Below, piece after piece: positions 9,412 to 21,997 of a stretch of DNA of 64,000 bases (positions are counted from its first letter, which is position 1; each line of letters opens with the position of its first letter). The notes beneath the pieces were generated by a model. That model was not told where the DNA came from and made no database searches. It saw nothing but the letters and a program-made list of their open reading frames with translations. Made by a program: the position numbers and the translations under genes. Source of the stretch: an uncultured Verrucomicrobiae bacterium (lineage in GTDB: Bacteria > Verrucomicrobiota > Verrucomicrobiia > Chthoniobacterales > Terrimicrobiaceae); the NCBI GenBank assembly GCA_963706955.1, contig CAVPOC010000003.1, positions 32,001 to 96,000 of the forward strand, written 5' to 3'.

Positions 9412-12400
9412 CTAGCTCGCGGCCTTGTGCGGCTCGGGCTCACTCTGCAAGGCATCGCCGATGTGGACGATCTCAATCTCGCGATTTTTCTTGAACCCGG
9501 TCCCCGCCGGGATGAGATGACCCATGATAACGTTTTCCTTGAATCCGCGAAGCCGGTCGACCTTGCCAAGGGTTGCAGCTTCCGTGAGGACGCGCGTGGT
9601 ATCCTGAAAGGATGCCGCCGAGATGAAGCTATCGGTCTCCAGCGAAGCCTTGGTGATGCCGAGCAGCACAGGGCTGGCATCGGCGGGCTTGCCGCCTTTT
9701 TCTATGACACGCTCGTTTTCTGCAGCGAACGCCAGCCGATCGACCTGGTCTCCCCAAAGAAGGCTGGTATCTCCAGGGTCGGTTATTTTCACTTTCCGAA
9801 GCATCTGTCGCACGATGATCTCGATGTGCTTGTCATTAATTTCGACACCCTGCAAGCGATAGACTTCCTGAACTTCGTTGAGCAGGTGTTCCTGGAGCTC
9901 CTGCGGCCCACAGACATCGAGAACCTCGTGTGGAACGACCGGCCCCTCTGTGAGCTGCTGGCCTTTCTTCACGAAATCGCCCTTGAAGACAATGACGTGC
10001 TTGGAGAGGGGGATGAGGTGTTCCTCCTCGGCGCCGGTGTCTGGGTCTGTGACAATCACGCGGCGCTTACCGCGGACGGTCCCACCGATATCGACAGCTC
10101 CGTCGATTTTGGCAATCTCGGCCGCATCCTTCGGACGACGAGCTTCAAACAGCTCCGCCACGCGGGGCAGACCGCCGGTAATGTCTTTTGTCTTGGCGAT
10201 CTTGCGCGGCGTTCTCGCCAAGCGAGTGCCGGCAGGCACTTTCTGCCCCTCTTTGACCTCGATGTGCGCTCCTGCTGGGATCGAATAGCTAGCGAAAACC
10301 TCCTTCTTTTCGCCAACGATGACGATTTGCGGATGGAGGTCCTCCTTGTGCTCGATGACGACGGTCCCCATGACGCCGGTGGCCTCGTCGACTTCCTTGC
10401 GAATCGTCACACCCTGAATCATATCCCGGAATTCGATCCGGCCCGCCTTTTCGGTGATGATCGGCACGTTGTAGGGATCCCACTGGATGAAGGTTTCCCC
10501 TTTCTTGACGACCCCACCGTCGGCGATGGAAATGACCGAACCGATCACGATGTTGTAACTCTCGAGTTCGCGTCCATCGCGGGCATGCACACTAACGGTG
10601 CCGTTCTTGTTCAGCACCACGAAATTGCTGTCGGTGCTCTCAACGACCTTCAGGTCGTTAAAGCGCACAATGCCCTCATTTTTCGCCTTGATGATCGGCT
10701 GCTTGAAGGTCTGGCTGGCCGTGCCACCGACATGGAACGTCCGCATGGTGAGCTGGGTCCCCGGCTCGCCAATGGATTGCGCGGCGATGATTCCCACCGC
10801 TTCGCCGAGCTTCACGGGGAGTCCAGTCGCCAAGTTGCGTCCGTAGCATTTGGCGCAAATGCCCCGCTTGGACTCACAGGTCAAGGCGGAGCGGATTTTC
10901 AGCTGTTCCAAGCCCACCTTCTCGAGAGCGGCGGCGATTTCTTCGTCGGCAATCTGGCCCGAGGTAATGACTGCTTTTCCGGTTACGGGATCTTTGACGG
11001 TCTCGCAACTGGTGCGTCCGATGATCCGGGTGGAAAGGCTGACAACCTCCTCGTCGCCCTCGTAGATCGGGCGAACAATGATTCCGTTGATGGTCCCGCA
11101 ATCGTCTTCGGTGATGATGACATCTTGCGCAGCATCGACCAGTTTGCGAGTGAGATAGCCGGAGTCTGCTGTCTTCAGAGCGGTATCGGCCAACCCCTTG
11201 CGCGCCCCGTGAGTCGAGATGAAATACTCGAGCACCGAGAGGCCCTCACGGAAGTTGGAAATAATCGGCCGTTCAATGATTTCGCCCGAGGGCTTGGCCA
11301 TAAGACCACGCATGCCGGCGAGCTGCTTTACTTGCGTGCGGTTGCCGCGCGCCCCGGAATCCACCATCATGAAGACGGGGTTCATGTCTTTCCGACCGTC
11401 ATTGTACTCGAGGGTACCGGAAGAGCGCATTGGCGAGCTCCTCACCAGTGTGCGTCCAAATATCCTGCACCTTGTTCTTGCGCTCGCCATCGGTAATGAT
11501 GCCACGTCGGTATTGCTTCTCGACCTCGGCAATCTCCCGATAGGCCTTTTCGAGCTGAGTCGATTTCTCCCGCGGGATGATCATGTCGGTGATTCCGATC
11601 GAGATGCCCGCCTTGGTGGCCGAGCGGAAGCCCATCTCCTTTAGGCGATCGAGGGTTTCGACGGTGCGCGCCTGGCCAACGGCCTTGTAGCAGCGCCAGA
11701 TAATGTCCGAAAGCTGCTTCTTGCCGCATACCTTGTTGTAAAAGCCCAGCTCCGACGGCCAAATTTGATTGAAGACGACCCGTCCGGCGGTTGTTTCCAG
11801 AACCTTGATTTCTTTGCTTCCGTAGATCGTGTTTAGGCCAAAATCCGGATTTCGGAAGCGGATCCGGCTGTGCGTGCCGATGGCTTCCTCCGAGATGGCG
11901 AGCTCCACTTCGGAAGCGTCGGCAAATAGCGGGGTGCGCTGGTCGTTTTTCTCTCCGCGAGGATTCTGCGTCAGATAGTAACAACCCAGCGGTATGTCCT
12001 GCGACGGTGTGGTGATCGGCTTGCCGCTCGAGGGTGAGAAAATATTGTTCGGAGCGAGCATCAACATGCGCGCCTCCATTTGCGCCTCGACCGAGAGCGG
12101 GACATGCACGGCCATTTGGTCACCATCGAAATCGGCGTTGTAAGCCGTGCAGACCAGAGGATGGATACGAATTGCCTCCCCTTCGATCAATTGTGGCTCG
12201 AAAGCCTGGATCGAGAGGCGGTGCAAGGTAGGGGCACGATTCAACAGAACCGCGTGGCCCTTGGTGACCTCGTCAAGAATGTCCCACACTTCCGGCGTCT
12301 GCCGTTCGATCAGTTTCTTGGCGCTGCGCACCGTGTGGACGTGGCCCTGCTCCTTAAGTCTCCGAATGATAAATGGCTCAAATAAAACCAGGGCCATCTT

Positions 12401-13513
12401 TTTCGGTAAGCCGCATTGGTTCAGCTTGAGTTCCGGGCCGATCACGATCACGGAACGCCCGGAATAATCGACACGCTTGCCCAGGAGGTTCTGACGGAAC
12501 CGGCCTCCCTTGCCCTTGAGCATGTCACTAAGGGATTTCAGCGGGCGGTTCGCAGCTCCAGTGACGGCACGCCCATGTCGGCCGTTGTCGAACAAGGCAT
12601 CGACAGCCTCCTGCAGCATCCGCTTTTCGTTCCGGATGATGACTTCTGGGGTTTTCAACTGCAACAGGGTCTTCAGGCGATTGTTGCGGTTGATCACGCG
12701 ACGATAGAGATCGTTCAAATCGGAGGTCGCAAAGCGGCCACCTTCAAGTGGAACGAGCGGACGCAAGTCCGGAGGAATAACCGGAAGCACGTTGAGCACC
12801 ATCCATTCAGGACGGGTCTTGGAGTGCATAAAGCCTTGCACGAGCTTGAGTCGCTTGGCCAGCTTCTTGCGCAGCTGCTTGCTGCGCGTCGCTCCCATCT
12901 GCTGTTCGATCTCGTCATTGAGATTCTGCAGATCGGTCTGCTCGAGAAGCTTCTGAATGGCTTCTGCGCCCATGCCTGCGACGAAAACGTCGCCGTACTG
13001 ATCCTCGGCTTCGCGAAATTCTGCTTCCGTCAACAGTTGGCATTTTTGCAGCGGAGTGTTGCCCGGATCGATGACGATGTAATCCTCGTAGTAGATGACC
13101 CTTTCGAGCTGCCGGCTGGTCATGTCGAGCATCAGTCCAATGCGCGAAGGCATACACTTGTAGAACCAGATGTGGGAAACCGGAACGGCCAGATCGATGT
13201 GGCCCATCCGCTCTCGCCGAACACGGCTGAGGGTTACCTCGACGCCACATCGGTCGCAAACCACTCCCTTGTGCTTAATGCGCTTGTACTTGCCGCAAGA
13301 GCATTCCCAATCACGCGTCGGGCCGAAGATGCGCTCGCAAAAAAGCCCACCTTTTTCAGGCTTGAACGTCCGATAGTTGATGGTCTCGGGATTCTTGACC
13401 TCTCCCTTGCTCCAGCTCCGGACACTGTCGGGCGAGGCGACCGTAATGGCCACCTCATCGAATCCGACCGGACGCTGTTCTCCAAAAATTTCGCCAATAT
13501 TGACTTCTTTCAT
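9412..13513 (-). CDS. rpoC: RNA polymerase beta' subunit, split by a 1-nt frameshift near 11417
   Basis: Zn finger, NADFDGDQM catalytic motif, [36 protein letters not shown]. ORFs 11399..13513 and 9412..11532 join as ANALFR/TLEYNDG. Confidence 0.97.
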
Positions 13514-13540
13514 ATGTCTCGCGCTCTGTGCGCTACTTGG

Positions 13541-16500
13541 TTAGGCTGCCGACTCGGTGAAGACGGGCTCCTTGCCGCCCACACGAACGTCGAGGCCAAG
13601 TCCCTTCATCTCCTTAATGAGGACGTTGAATGATTCGGGCGTGCCCGCCTCGAGGGAGTTGTCGCCTTTGACAATCGACTCGTAGATACGGGTTCGACCC
13701 TGGACGTCGTCGGACTTTACCGTGAGAAGCTCCTGCAAAGTATAGGCCGCTCCGTAGGCCTCCAACGCCCAGACCTCCATTTCGCCAAAACGTTGGCCGC
13801 CGTACTGCGCCTTGCCGCCGAGCGGCTGCTGGGTAACCAGGCTGTAGGGGCCGACTGCACGCGCGTGGATCTTGTCTGCGACGAGATGCCCGAGCTTGAG
13901 CATGTAAATATAGCCGACCACCACTTGCTGGTCGAAAGCCTCGCCGGTGCGGCCGTCATACACCGTGGATTTGCCGGTTTCGGTAACCCACGTGAAATTC
14001 TCCTTTGTTTTGGCCTCGCGAAGATATTCCTTGATCTTCTCTTCGGAAATTCCGTCGAAGACCGGCGTGGCCACTTTAAAGCCGAGCGCCTTAGCCGCGA
14101 CTCCAAGGTGTGTCTCCAGCACCTGACCGACGTTCATGCGGCTGGGAACACCCAGCGGATTCAAGACGATATCGACCGGAGTTCCATCAGCGAGGAACGG
14201 CATGTCCTCTTCCGGAACAATCTTCGCCACGACGCCTTTGTTGCCGTGCCGGCCGGCCATCTTGTCACCAACCGAAAGCTTTCTCTTGCTGGCGACATAG
14301 ACCTTTACCTGCTTGATGATACCGGGATCCACATCATCCCCGCTTTCAATGCGGCCAAGATTTTCGTCCTTCTCACGGTCCAAATCCTCGAAGCGATGCT
14401 CGTATTGACCGATGATCTCGCGAATCTTGTTGCGGATGGGGCTGGGATCGATCTCGATGTGATCGTAAACAGCGGCCAGTTTGCGGAGGAGCTGTTTGGT
14501 AATCTTCCGGTTTGCGGGAATGATGATCTCACCGGTCTGCGCGTTGACCACATCCAGCGGGATCTTCTCATTCAAGAGGATGTTTGAAAGCGCCGCGGTC
14601 AGCTGCTCATGCAGCTCGTCTTTGCGCTTCTTGTAATCCTCCATGATCATCTTTTGCTGCCGCTTGGATTCAGTCGGCGTCATCTTGTTGCGCGCGACCT
14701 CTTTTTTCGAGGAGACCTTGACGTCCATGACAATGCCGTAGGTGCCCGACGGCACCGTCAGCGACGTATCCTTCACATCGGCGGCCTTCTCACCGAAAAT
14801 GGCGCGCAAGAGGCGCTCTTCGGGAGCCAGTTCCGTCTCGCTCTTCGGAGTGATCTTGCCAACGAGGATATCGCCCGGCTTTACCTCGGCACCAATGCGG
14901 ATGACTCCGTCCGGCCCAAGATTTTGCAGTGCCTCTTCACTGACATTGGGAATGTCACGGGTGATTTCCTCCGGGCCGAGCTTGGTATCGCGCGCACCGA
15001 TTTCAAATTCATCGATGTGAATGGAGGTATAAATGTCTTCCTTGACCACGCGCTCGGAAATGAGGATCGCGTCCTCAAAATTGTATCCATTCCACGGCAT
15101 GAAAGCGACGAGCACGTTGCGCCCCAGCGCCAACTCGCCATGTTCGGTGTTTGGACCGTCGGCAATGACCTCTCCCTTCTTGACGCGCTGTCCCTTGAGG
15201 ACGATCGGCTTCTGGTTAATACAAGTGCTGGCGTTGGAACGCATGAACTTGCGCAACTCGTAAACCCAGATGCCGGCCGCGGGATCGGTCTTGATCTTCT
15301 TCTTGCCATCAGGCAACGATCCATCGCGGGTCACGACGACCTGGCTGCCGGTAACCGATGCGACAATGCCGTCTCCTTCCGAGAGGACGACTGCCTTGGA
15401 ATCCTGGGCAACACGTGCTTCCAGCCCGGTGCCCACCAAGGGCGAGTCGGAAACCAAAAGCGGCACGCCCTGGCGTTGCATGTTCGAACCCATCAGCGCC
15501 CGGTTGGCATCGTCGTGCTCGAGAAATGGAATTAACCCCGCCGCCACCGACACGAGCTGCTTCGGAGAGACGTCCATGTACTGGACCTTGCCAGGTTCCA
15601 CCTCGAGAAAGTCGCCGCGGTAGCGGGTCGACACTTTCTCCTCGATGAAACGCCCGTGCGCGTCGACCGGCGCATTTGCTTGAGCAATGTAAAAATTCTC
15701 GTCCCGATCGCCGCTCAGATAGACGACTTCGTCGGTCACGTGGCCATTGTTGACTTTACGGTAAGGAGTTTCGATGAAGCCGAACTCGTTCACCCGGGCA
15801 AAGGTGCTCAACGAACTGATCAAACCAATGTTCGGACCTTCGGGCGTTTCAATCGGGCAGATTCGCCCGTAATGCGAGGGATGAACGTCGCGGACCTCGA
15901 ATCCCGCCCGGTCTCGACTCAATCCTCCCGGTCCGAGCGCCGAGAGCCGCCGCTTGTGCGTCAGCTCCGAAAGCGGGTTCGTCTGATCCATAAATTGGCT
16001 GAGTTGCGAACGACCGAAGAAATCGCGAACGACCGCGCTCAGGGATTTTGGATTAATTAGCTTCTGGGGAGTGATCTGGTCCACGCCGGCATCGAAGAGC
16101 GTCATCCGTTCCCGGACGAGGCGCTCGGTGCGCGCCAGCCCTACGCGACATTGATTGGCGAGCAGTTCCCCGACAGTGCGAACACGGCGACTGCCGAGAT
16201 GATCGATGTCGTCGGTCATCCCCTCTCCTTTGCGCAGTTCAACCAGATATTTCATGGCGGCGATGAAGTCCTCCTTCACCAAAATGCGCTCTTCTTCACT
16301 AACCTGGAGTCCGAGCTTCTGGTTGATCTTATGCCGGCCCACCCGGCCGAGATCGTAACGCTTGGGATCAAAGAAAAGCCGCTTCAGCATGCTCCGGGCA
16401 TTCTGAACGGTCGGCGGATCACCCGGGCGCAACTTGCGGTAGATGTCCTTTAAGGCCTCCTCTTCATCATGCGCCGGATCTTTCTTCAGCGACTTGATGA

Positions 16501-17335
16501 TGGTGTCATCTTGCTTGGTATCGACCACGCGGACGCTCTTATGACCAAGAGACATCAGTTGGCGGATGGTCGCGGCATTCAACGGCTCAAAAGCGCGAGC
16601 CACCGTGATCTCACCGTCACGAATATCCTCGAAGAGCACCTTGGTGCTGATTTCTTCCTCGTCGAGGTTCTCGCTGAGATCCAACTCGATCACCTGATAG
16701 AACAACTTGATGATGTCTTCGTCGGAAGGATAACCCAACGCCCGGAGGAAGGTCGTCGCCAGAAACTTGCGGCGGCGCTTGCGCCGATCCAAATAGACGT
16801 AGAGCAAGTCGCTCGTGTCGAATTGCACTTCAATCCACGAACCCCGGTCCGGGATGATCCGGAATCCATGCAGCAACTTCCCATTGAGATGGACACTGGT
16901 TTCGAAACATATGCCCGGTGAACGGTGCAGTTGGCTCACTACCACCCGCTCAGCCCCGTTGATGACAAAGGTTCCTTGGGGCGTCATCAGAGGAATCTCC
17001 CCCATGTAGACCTTCTCCTCCTTCGTGCTCTTCTCGTCCTTGTAGCGGAAAGTCACATAAAGAGGCGCACTATAGGTCTGACCCTCGCGCTGACACTCGA
17101 TCGCCGACATCTTCGGCTCCCCCAGCTCGTAACTCACAAAGTCCAGGCTGGACTTCTCCTCAAACCCGAAAATCGGGAAGAACTCCCTGAAGACGGCTTG
17201 CAATCCGACGCTACGACGACGCGAAGGCTCAACCTCCTTTTGAAAGAACTCGTTGTACGAGTTGATCTGAAGCTCAATGAGATTCGGAGGCTCAATGGCT
17301 TCCTTTAGCTTGCCGAAGTGAATGCGTTCAGACAT
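13541..17335 (-). CDS. rpoB: RNA polymerase beta subunit
   Basis: [51 protein letters not shown]. Confidence 0.99.
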   Translation of the reverse strand: MSERIHFGKLKEAIEPPNLIELQINSYNEFFQKEVEPSRRRSVGLQAVFREFFPIFGFEEKSSLDFVSYELGEPKMSAIECQREGQTYSAPLYVTFRYKDEKSTKEEKVYMGEIPLMTPQGTFVINGAERVVVSQLHRSPGICFETSVHLNGKLLHGFRIIPDRGSWIEVQFDTSDLLYVYLDRRKRRRKFLATTFLRALGYPSDEDIIKLFYQVIELDLSENLDEEEISTKVLFEDIRDGEITVARAFEPLNAATIRQLMSLGHKSVRVVDTKQDDTIIKSLKKDPAHDEEEALKDIYRKLRPGDPPTVQNARSMLKRLFFDPKRYDLGRVGRHKINQKLGLQVSEEERILVKEDFIAAMKYLVELRKGEGMTDDIDHLGSRRVRTVGELLANQCRVGLARTERLVRERMTLFDAGVDQITPQKLINPKSLSAVVRDFFGRSQLSQFMDQTNPLSELTHKRRLSALGPGGLSRDRAGFEVRDVHPSHYGRICPIETPEGPNIGLISSLSTFARVNEFGFIETPYRKVNNGHVTDEVVYLSGDRDENFYIAQANAPVDAHGRFIEEKVSTRYRGDFLEVEPGKVQYMDVSPKQLVSVAAGLIPFLEHDDANRALMGSNMQRQGVPLLVSDSPLVGTGLEARVAQDSKAVVLSEGDGIVASVTGSQVVVTRDGSLPDGKKKIKTDPAAGIWVYELRKFMRSNASTCINQKPIVLKGQRVKKGEVIADGPNTEHGELALGRNVLVAFMPWNGYNFEDAILISERVVKEDIYTSIHIDEFEIGARDTKLGPEEITRDIPNVSEEALQNLGPDGVIRIGAEVKPGDILVGKITPKSETELAPEERLLRAIFGEKAADVKDTSLTVPSGTYGIVMDVKVSSKKEVARNKMTPTESKRQQKMIMEDYKKRKDELHEQLTAALSNILLNEKIPLDVVNAQTGEIIIPANRKITKQLLRKLAAVYDHIEIDPSPIRNKIREIIGQYEHRFEDLDREKDENLGRIESGDDVDPGIIKQVKVYVASKRKLSVGDKMAGRHGNKGVVAKIVPEEDMPFLADGTPVDIVLNPLGVPSRMNVGQVLETHLGVAAKALGFKVATPVFDGISEEKIKEYLREAKTKENFTWVTETGKSTVYDGRTGEAFDQQVVVGYIYMLKLGHLVADKIHARAVGPYSLVTQQPLGGKAQYGGQRFGEMEVWALEAYGAAYTLQELLTVKSDDVQGRTRIYESIVKGDNSLEAGTPESFNVLIKEMKGLGLDVRVGGKEPVFTESAA

Positions 17336-17607
17336 GGCGAAAGAATGAGAAAATGATGGTCCGCCTCAACGAGCCGCACCGATTGGCAAACCGAAAAAAG
17401 ACAAACGCCAGCGCCCGGGCCGGAAAGAACCTTTCCCGGCTCGTGCGAAGACCTGCGTTATAAAACGATCTAAAACGATTTTCCGAACGGTGCAGAAGGC
17501 TAGACGTGAGTCGGCGGAATTATTGATAGTGAACCTTAGCACCGGGAACGCAAGCCAAAACTTTATCTTTTTTGGCCTGCCTCCCGGACTTGCCCGGAGT
17601 TGCCGGA

Positions 17608-17994
17608 CTATTTGATTTCGACCTTGGCGCCAGCGGCCTCGATCTTTTTCTTGATCTCTTCGGCTTCTTCCTTGGCGATACCCTCCTTGAGGGTCTTGGG
17701 CGCGCTCTCGACGAGAGCTTTGGCTTCGGCCAAGCCGAGACCGGAGACCGCTGCCCGGACCTCCTTGATGACCGAAATCTTGTTAGGTCCGGCTTCCTTC
17801 AAGATGACGTCAAAGGCGGTCTTCTCTTCGGCCGGGGGAGCCGCAGGGCCTCCGGCCGGTGCTCCGGCAGCGGCGACCGCCACGGGTGCTGCGGCGCTGA
17901 CGCCCCATTTCTCTTCGAGTTGCTTCACCAGGTCGGCGATCTCAAGAACGGTGAGGGCGCTGAGCTGATCAACTATGTTTTGTGTGTCTGCCAT
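17608..17994 (-). CDS. rplL: 50S ribosomal protein L7/L12
   Basis: [43 protein letters not shown]. Confidence 0.97.
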   Translation of the reverse strand: MADTQNIVDQLSALTVLEIADLVKQLEEKWGVSAAAPVAVAAAGAPAGGPAAPPAEEKTAFDVILKEAGPNKISVIKEVRAAVSGLGLAEAKALVESAPKTLKEGIAKEEAEEIKKKIEAAGAKVEIK

Positions 17995-18145
17995 GTTTGT
18001 TGGTATTTGGTATTGTCGCACCCCGAAGCCTCAGGGCATTTGAGGCCGACAGCCGTCAGCCCGACAAGGAACCGATTGGTTTTGGTGTCCCGCAACGCGG
18101 CTTCAAACGCCACGGGAAATTTTTGTAGTTGCGACCGCGATTGTG

Positions 18146-18658
18146 TTAGCTGGCGGCCTCAGCTTTGGCTTTGAGAAGGCGAGCGAGGCTGGCGGCTGGC
18201 TCCTGGAGCACCCGAACAAGTTTGGTAGCCGGCGCGAGCAGCAAACTGAGCAGCTTCGCTTGCAAGACATCTTTTGAGGGGAGCTCGGCGAGAGCCTTGA
18301 TCTGGTCGGAGTTCAGAATTTCGTCATCGAGAATGCCCCCTTTGACCGGCGGGCGCTCGAATTCCGTAACGAATGTCTTGAGCACTTTGGCGGCGGCGCA
18401 GATGTCGCTTTCGCCAGTGACCATGGCGGTCTGGCCGGTGAGAGCGCCGTTGAGTTCAGGCAAGCCCAAGCCCTTAATCGCACGCTTGATAAAGGTATTC
18501 TTGATGACATGGATCTCGGCGTCGACTCGAGCAAGGCGCAGACGCAGTTCCTCAAAATGTTTGACCTGCATGCCGGAATAATCGGCAATGAGCAGGAACG
18601 GCGAGTTCTTCAGCTTCGTCTGAATATCTGCGACAATGTGAGCTTTTTCAGGTCTCAT
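18146..18658 (-). CDS. rplJ: 50S ribosomal protein L10
   Basis: ADYSGM..ELR..VIKNT..LAELPSKDVL, located between rplA and rplL. Confidence 0.95.
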   Translation of the reverse strand: MRPEKAHIVADIQTKLKNSPFLLIADYSGMQVKHFEELRLRLARVDAEIHVIKNTFIKRAIKGLGLPELNGALTGQTAMVTGESDICAAAKVLKTFVTEFERPPVKGGILDDEILNSDQIKALAELPSKDVLQAKLLSLLLAPATKLVRVLQEPAASLARLLKAKAEAAS

Positions 18659-18697
18659 CTGGGAGTAGATGGTTGAGAGTTGATGGTGGGACGAGGA

Positions 18698-19401
18698 TTA
18701 GCTTTTCAGGAAGGGAGCCGGATCAACGCTGACACCGGGACTCATGGTGGCAGCAAGAGTAATGGCTTCCACAAACGAGCCTTTGGCCGTGGCCGGCCGA
18801 GCCTTGACAACGGCCTCGATGACCGCCTGGCCGTTCTGAGCCAGAGCCTCGTCGCCGAATGAGAATTTGCCGACCGGCACCGAAACATTGGCATTCTTAT
18901 CCAGCTTGAACTCCACCCTGCCTGCCTTGACTTCCCTCACTGCCCTGGCGGTGTCTTCGGTCACCGTTCCCGCTTTGGGATTCGGCATCAGCCCTCGCGG
19001 ACCGAGGACCTTCCCGAGCTTCTTCACCTCGGCCATGGCCGCCGGGGTCGCGATAGCGACGTCGAAATCAGAAAAACCACCGGTAACCTTTTTGATCAGG
19101 TCTTCATAGCCGACGAATTCGGCCCCAGCCTCGCGCGCGGCCTCCGCCGCCGGTCCCGAGGCAAAGACTAGGACGCGCACTGTCTTTCCACTGCCGTGCG
19201 GGAGCGGGCAAGTCCCCCTGACCATTTGATCACTTTGCTTGGGATCTACGCCCAACTTGAAGGAAAGCGTGACGGTCTGATCGAACTTGGTCGGCGGAAG
19301 GGTCTTCAGTGTCTTAATGGCCTCGCCAAGCGGGTACTTGCGTTTGCGTATCGACCTTTTCGGCCGCGGCCCGAATAGCGTTTGCTACGTTTTTTTTGCA
19401 T
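18698..19401 (-). CDS. rplA: 50S ribosomal protein L1, two apparent 1-nt insertions near 19350-19378
   Basis: MQKKRSKRY...KFDQTVTLSFKLGVDPKQSDQMVRG..LPHGSGK..LGPRGLMPNPKAGTV..TMSPGV. Confidence 0.95.
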
Positions 19402-19407
19402 GTTCGA

Positions 19408-19439
19408 GCAGTGCGAACGACCCAAGACGGGTCTCCTGC
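19408..19439 (-). promoter_or_regulatory. Putative L1-binding autoregulatory RNA structure upstream of rplA
   Basis: mRNA GCAG-GA-GACCC-GUCUU-GGGUC-GUUCGCA-CUGC: two stems around an asymmetric GA / G..A internal loop, 6 nt before the AUG. Confidence 0.7.
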
Positions 19440-19493
19440 AGCCTTTGGTTTGTTGAAATTGATTGCTCCTCCCGAATCGGAGGCGAACTTTAA

Positions 19494-19521
19494 ACCCTAT
19501 TAGATCCTTGAGGCCCGTCAA
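19494..19521 (-). promoter_or_regulatory. Putative sigma-70 promoter for rplA
   Basis: TTGACG-N16-TAGGGT on the minus strand. Confidence 0.35.
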
Positions 19522-19777
19522 GCGTATTGTCACAGAAATTCGATACCGAACGCGAACGGTGGACGGATCCAGCGAAGCTGGAATCGCGAGCGGCCATTTC
19601 ATCGCTGAAGGCAGCAGACCGGAGAAAAAACTTCGCTTTACATTCGTGCAAAAACTCGGAATCTGACGCGCGGTTAGAACGCGATTTTTGAAGCCTGAGC
19701 GTAGTATAGCGATATGCCGTCTGCGGCTGATGCTCTGAGAATTGGCGATGGCCCAAGTAGCAAATATATCGCACATC

Positions 19778-20124
19778 ATGAAACTCTATGTAGGAAATCT
19801 CTCCTTCCAAACCACGGAGGGAGCGCTCGAAGAACTCTTCGCCCAATATCGGGACAGTCACTGAGGCTATGCTGGTCATGGACAAGATGACGCAAAGACC
19901 CCGGGGATTTGGTTTTGTCACCATGGGCAGTGCCTGAGGAAGCGCAAAAGGCCATTGATGCGCTCAACGGCAAGAATGTCGACGGACGTAACTTAATCGT
20001 GAACGAAGCCCGTCCGCGTGAGGAACGTGCGCCACGGCGCGACTTTGGGGCGGTGGCGGTGGGGGCGGTCGGAGCGGCGTCGCCACCAGCACGGCAAAGG
20101 CGGGCATATCGCGAGCGCAGATAA
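19778..20124 (+). CDS. RRM (RNP-1) RNA-binding protein with Gly/Arg-rich tail, several apparent frameshifts
   Basis: RNP2 [13 protein letters not shown]1 [39 protein letters not shown], read across frames. Confidence 0.88.
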
Positions 20125-20167
20125 GCTCTAAAAGGCGACGCCCACGCGACGCTGCGTTGAAAGAGTT

Positions 20168-20225
20168 GTAAGCGCTTGGGCAAGCGCTGTGGATTTCATT
20201 GGGCGCTTGACACAAGCGCTCCTAC
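20168..20225. repeat. Inverted doublet of REP-like palindromes (family A, GCGCTTG-N2/3-CAAGCGC)
   Basis: GTAAGCGCTTGGGCAAGCGCT ... GGGCGCTTGACACAAGCGCTCCTAC. The same core recurs at 60184 and 61846. Confidence 0.65.
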
Positions 20226-20302
20226 AGCAATTTGTGCTCATCACCGGGAGGGGCTGGCGTCCCAGGGCCATATCGTTGGGATCTTCGCGGAATCGCGCAA
20301 AG

Positions 20303-20728
20303 CTAATCGCTGATCTCGATTCCCATCTGGCGTGCCGTTCCGGCAATCGTGCGGAAGGCGGCCTCTTCGCTGTGCGCGTTGAGATCTTTCATCTTGATCT
20401 TCACGATGTCCATCACCTGCTTTTTAGAAAGCTTCGCGACCTTGGTCTTGTTCGGCTCTTTGGAGCCGGCCGCCAGGCCCGCAGCCTTCTTCAAGAGGAC
20501 GGAAGCGGGAGGGGACTTCGTGATGAAGGAAAACGTCTTATCCTTGTAAACGGTAATGACCACCGGAAGGATGTCGCCCGCCTGCTTCTGCGTGGCGGCG
20601 TTAAACTCCTTACAGAAGGCCATGATGTTAACCCCTTGCTGACCAAGCGCAGGGCCGACTGGCGGAGCAGGGTTCGCCTGACCGGCAGGGATTTGCAACT
20701 TGATCTGACCAACGATTTCCTTTGGCAT
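20303..20728 (-). CDS. rplK: 50S ribosomal protein L11
   Basis: [46 protein letters not shown]. Confidence 0.97.
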   Translation of the reverse strand: MPKEIVGQIKLQIPAGQANPAPPVGPALGQQGVNIMAFCKEFNAATQKQAGDILPVVITVYKDKTFSFITKSPPASVLLKKAAGLAAGSKEPNKTKVAKLSKKQVMDIVKIKMKDLNAHSEEAAFRTIAGTARQMGIEISD

Positions 20729-20792
20729 GGTTGAGAGGCGGAAAGGGGTTAGGAAGCAATCATGGAATGCCCGCGCCGGCAAGGCGTTTTTT

Positions 20793-21903
20793 CTATTTCT
20801 TCGAAAGCCGCCAGAAAAGCACGGTGCCCAGCGTGATAAAAAGGATGTTCGGAATCCAGATGAGAAGGGTCGGGTGCGCAGCTGGGTTTCCGCGGAAAGT
20901 ATCCGCCATGATAATGAAAAAGAAGTAGGTAAACGCGATCACCAGGCTGAGGGCGAAGCCGACAGAGGTTTCCTTGCGGTGAGCCGTAATCCCGAGTGGC
21001 ACCGCAATCAGGGCGAAAGCCACGCAGGCGAGTGACGCGGCGAAGCGTTTATGAAGTTCCACGGTCGCGCGCAGTTTTTCCTCACCAGCGATTGTCGGAA
21101 GGTAGCCAAGCAATTCCGGCAACGTGTAGGAGCTGAGCCTGCGACCGCTCAGATACTCCTTGTAGAATTCCTCGAGCGAAATTGGAAATACGCCCTCGGT
21201 CACCTCGATCCCCTGCCGAATCTTCGTTAACTCGCGAGGATCCTGTTTGTCACGTTCCTCGAAGCGGGCGTTAAACAATCTCAACAACAGCCGGGTATTT
21301 GCCGGATCGGGAGTTAAAACCCCTTCCTTGGCGTAGACCATCTTGATCGGCTCGCTGTTTTCATTGAGTTCGAAGACGATGAGGTTCTTGAGACGGTCGC
21401 CCTCCTTCGACCCCACATAGACCCGCCGGTCCGGAAACTGATCCACGACTTCATCGGCGCGAAAGAGGGCCGCGGGATTACTGGTCGCGATATCGACAAT
21501 CGTCTTGGTCATCTGCTGTTCGGCTCGCGGCGCCACATCGATATTGATCCAAAAGCAAATACCCGAAAGCACGACAGCCAGGACAAACACCGGGATACAA
21601 ATGCGCGGGACGCTTACCCCATTCGATTTCAAGGCAATCAATTCGTTGTCCGCGGAGATTCGTCCAAACACCAGGAGGAGCGCGGTTAAGAAAACCCCAC
21701 GGAATCGTGAAGGTGAGAGAAAAAGGCAACACCAGGGCCATGAACGCCAGCACCGTGGCAATCGGAACATCCGGGTTGTTGATCAGGACGTCGAGCAATT
21801 GCTTGAAAAGATTGCCGAGGACGAGAACAAGGCTGAGGACGACAACTCCAAAGAAGGCCGTCGCAATCACGCTCATGCCGATATACCGGTCGATAATCTT
21901 CAT
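20793..21903 (-). CDS. LptF/LptG-family LPS export permease, frameshift near 21690
   Basis: [59 protein letters not shown]. Confidence 0.88.
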
Positions 21904-21997
21904 CAAAAAACCACTCGCTTGCCATGCGCTGCGGACGTGAGCCGCCCGGAAAGGGCCATGGAATTTAGGCGATGGCGGTCGCGTGTTCAAGTCCGTT

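Noticed and set aside
11399..11532. Natural rpoC1/rpoC2-type split or programmed frameshift in rpoC
   Set aside because: Removing one base restores a continuous protein, the second ORF has no credible start, there is no slippery site, and similar indels occur throughout the window.
9427..17308. Long plus-strand ORFs (689, 405, 308 and 264 aa) opposite rpoBC
   Set aside because: Antisense shadows expected from high-GC codon bias, with no recognisable motifs.
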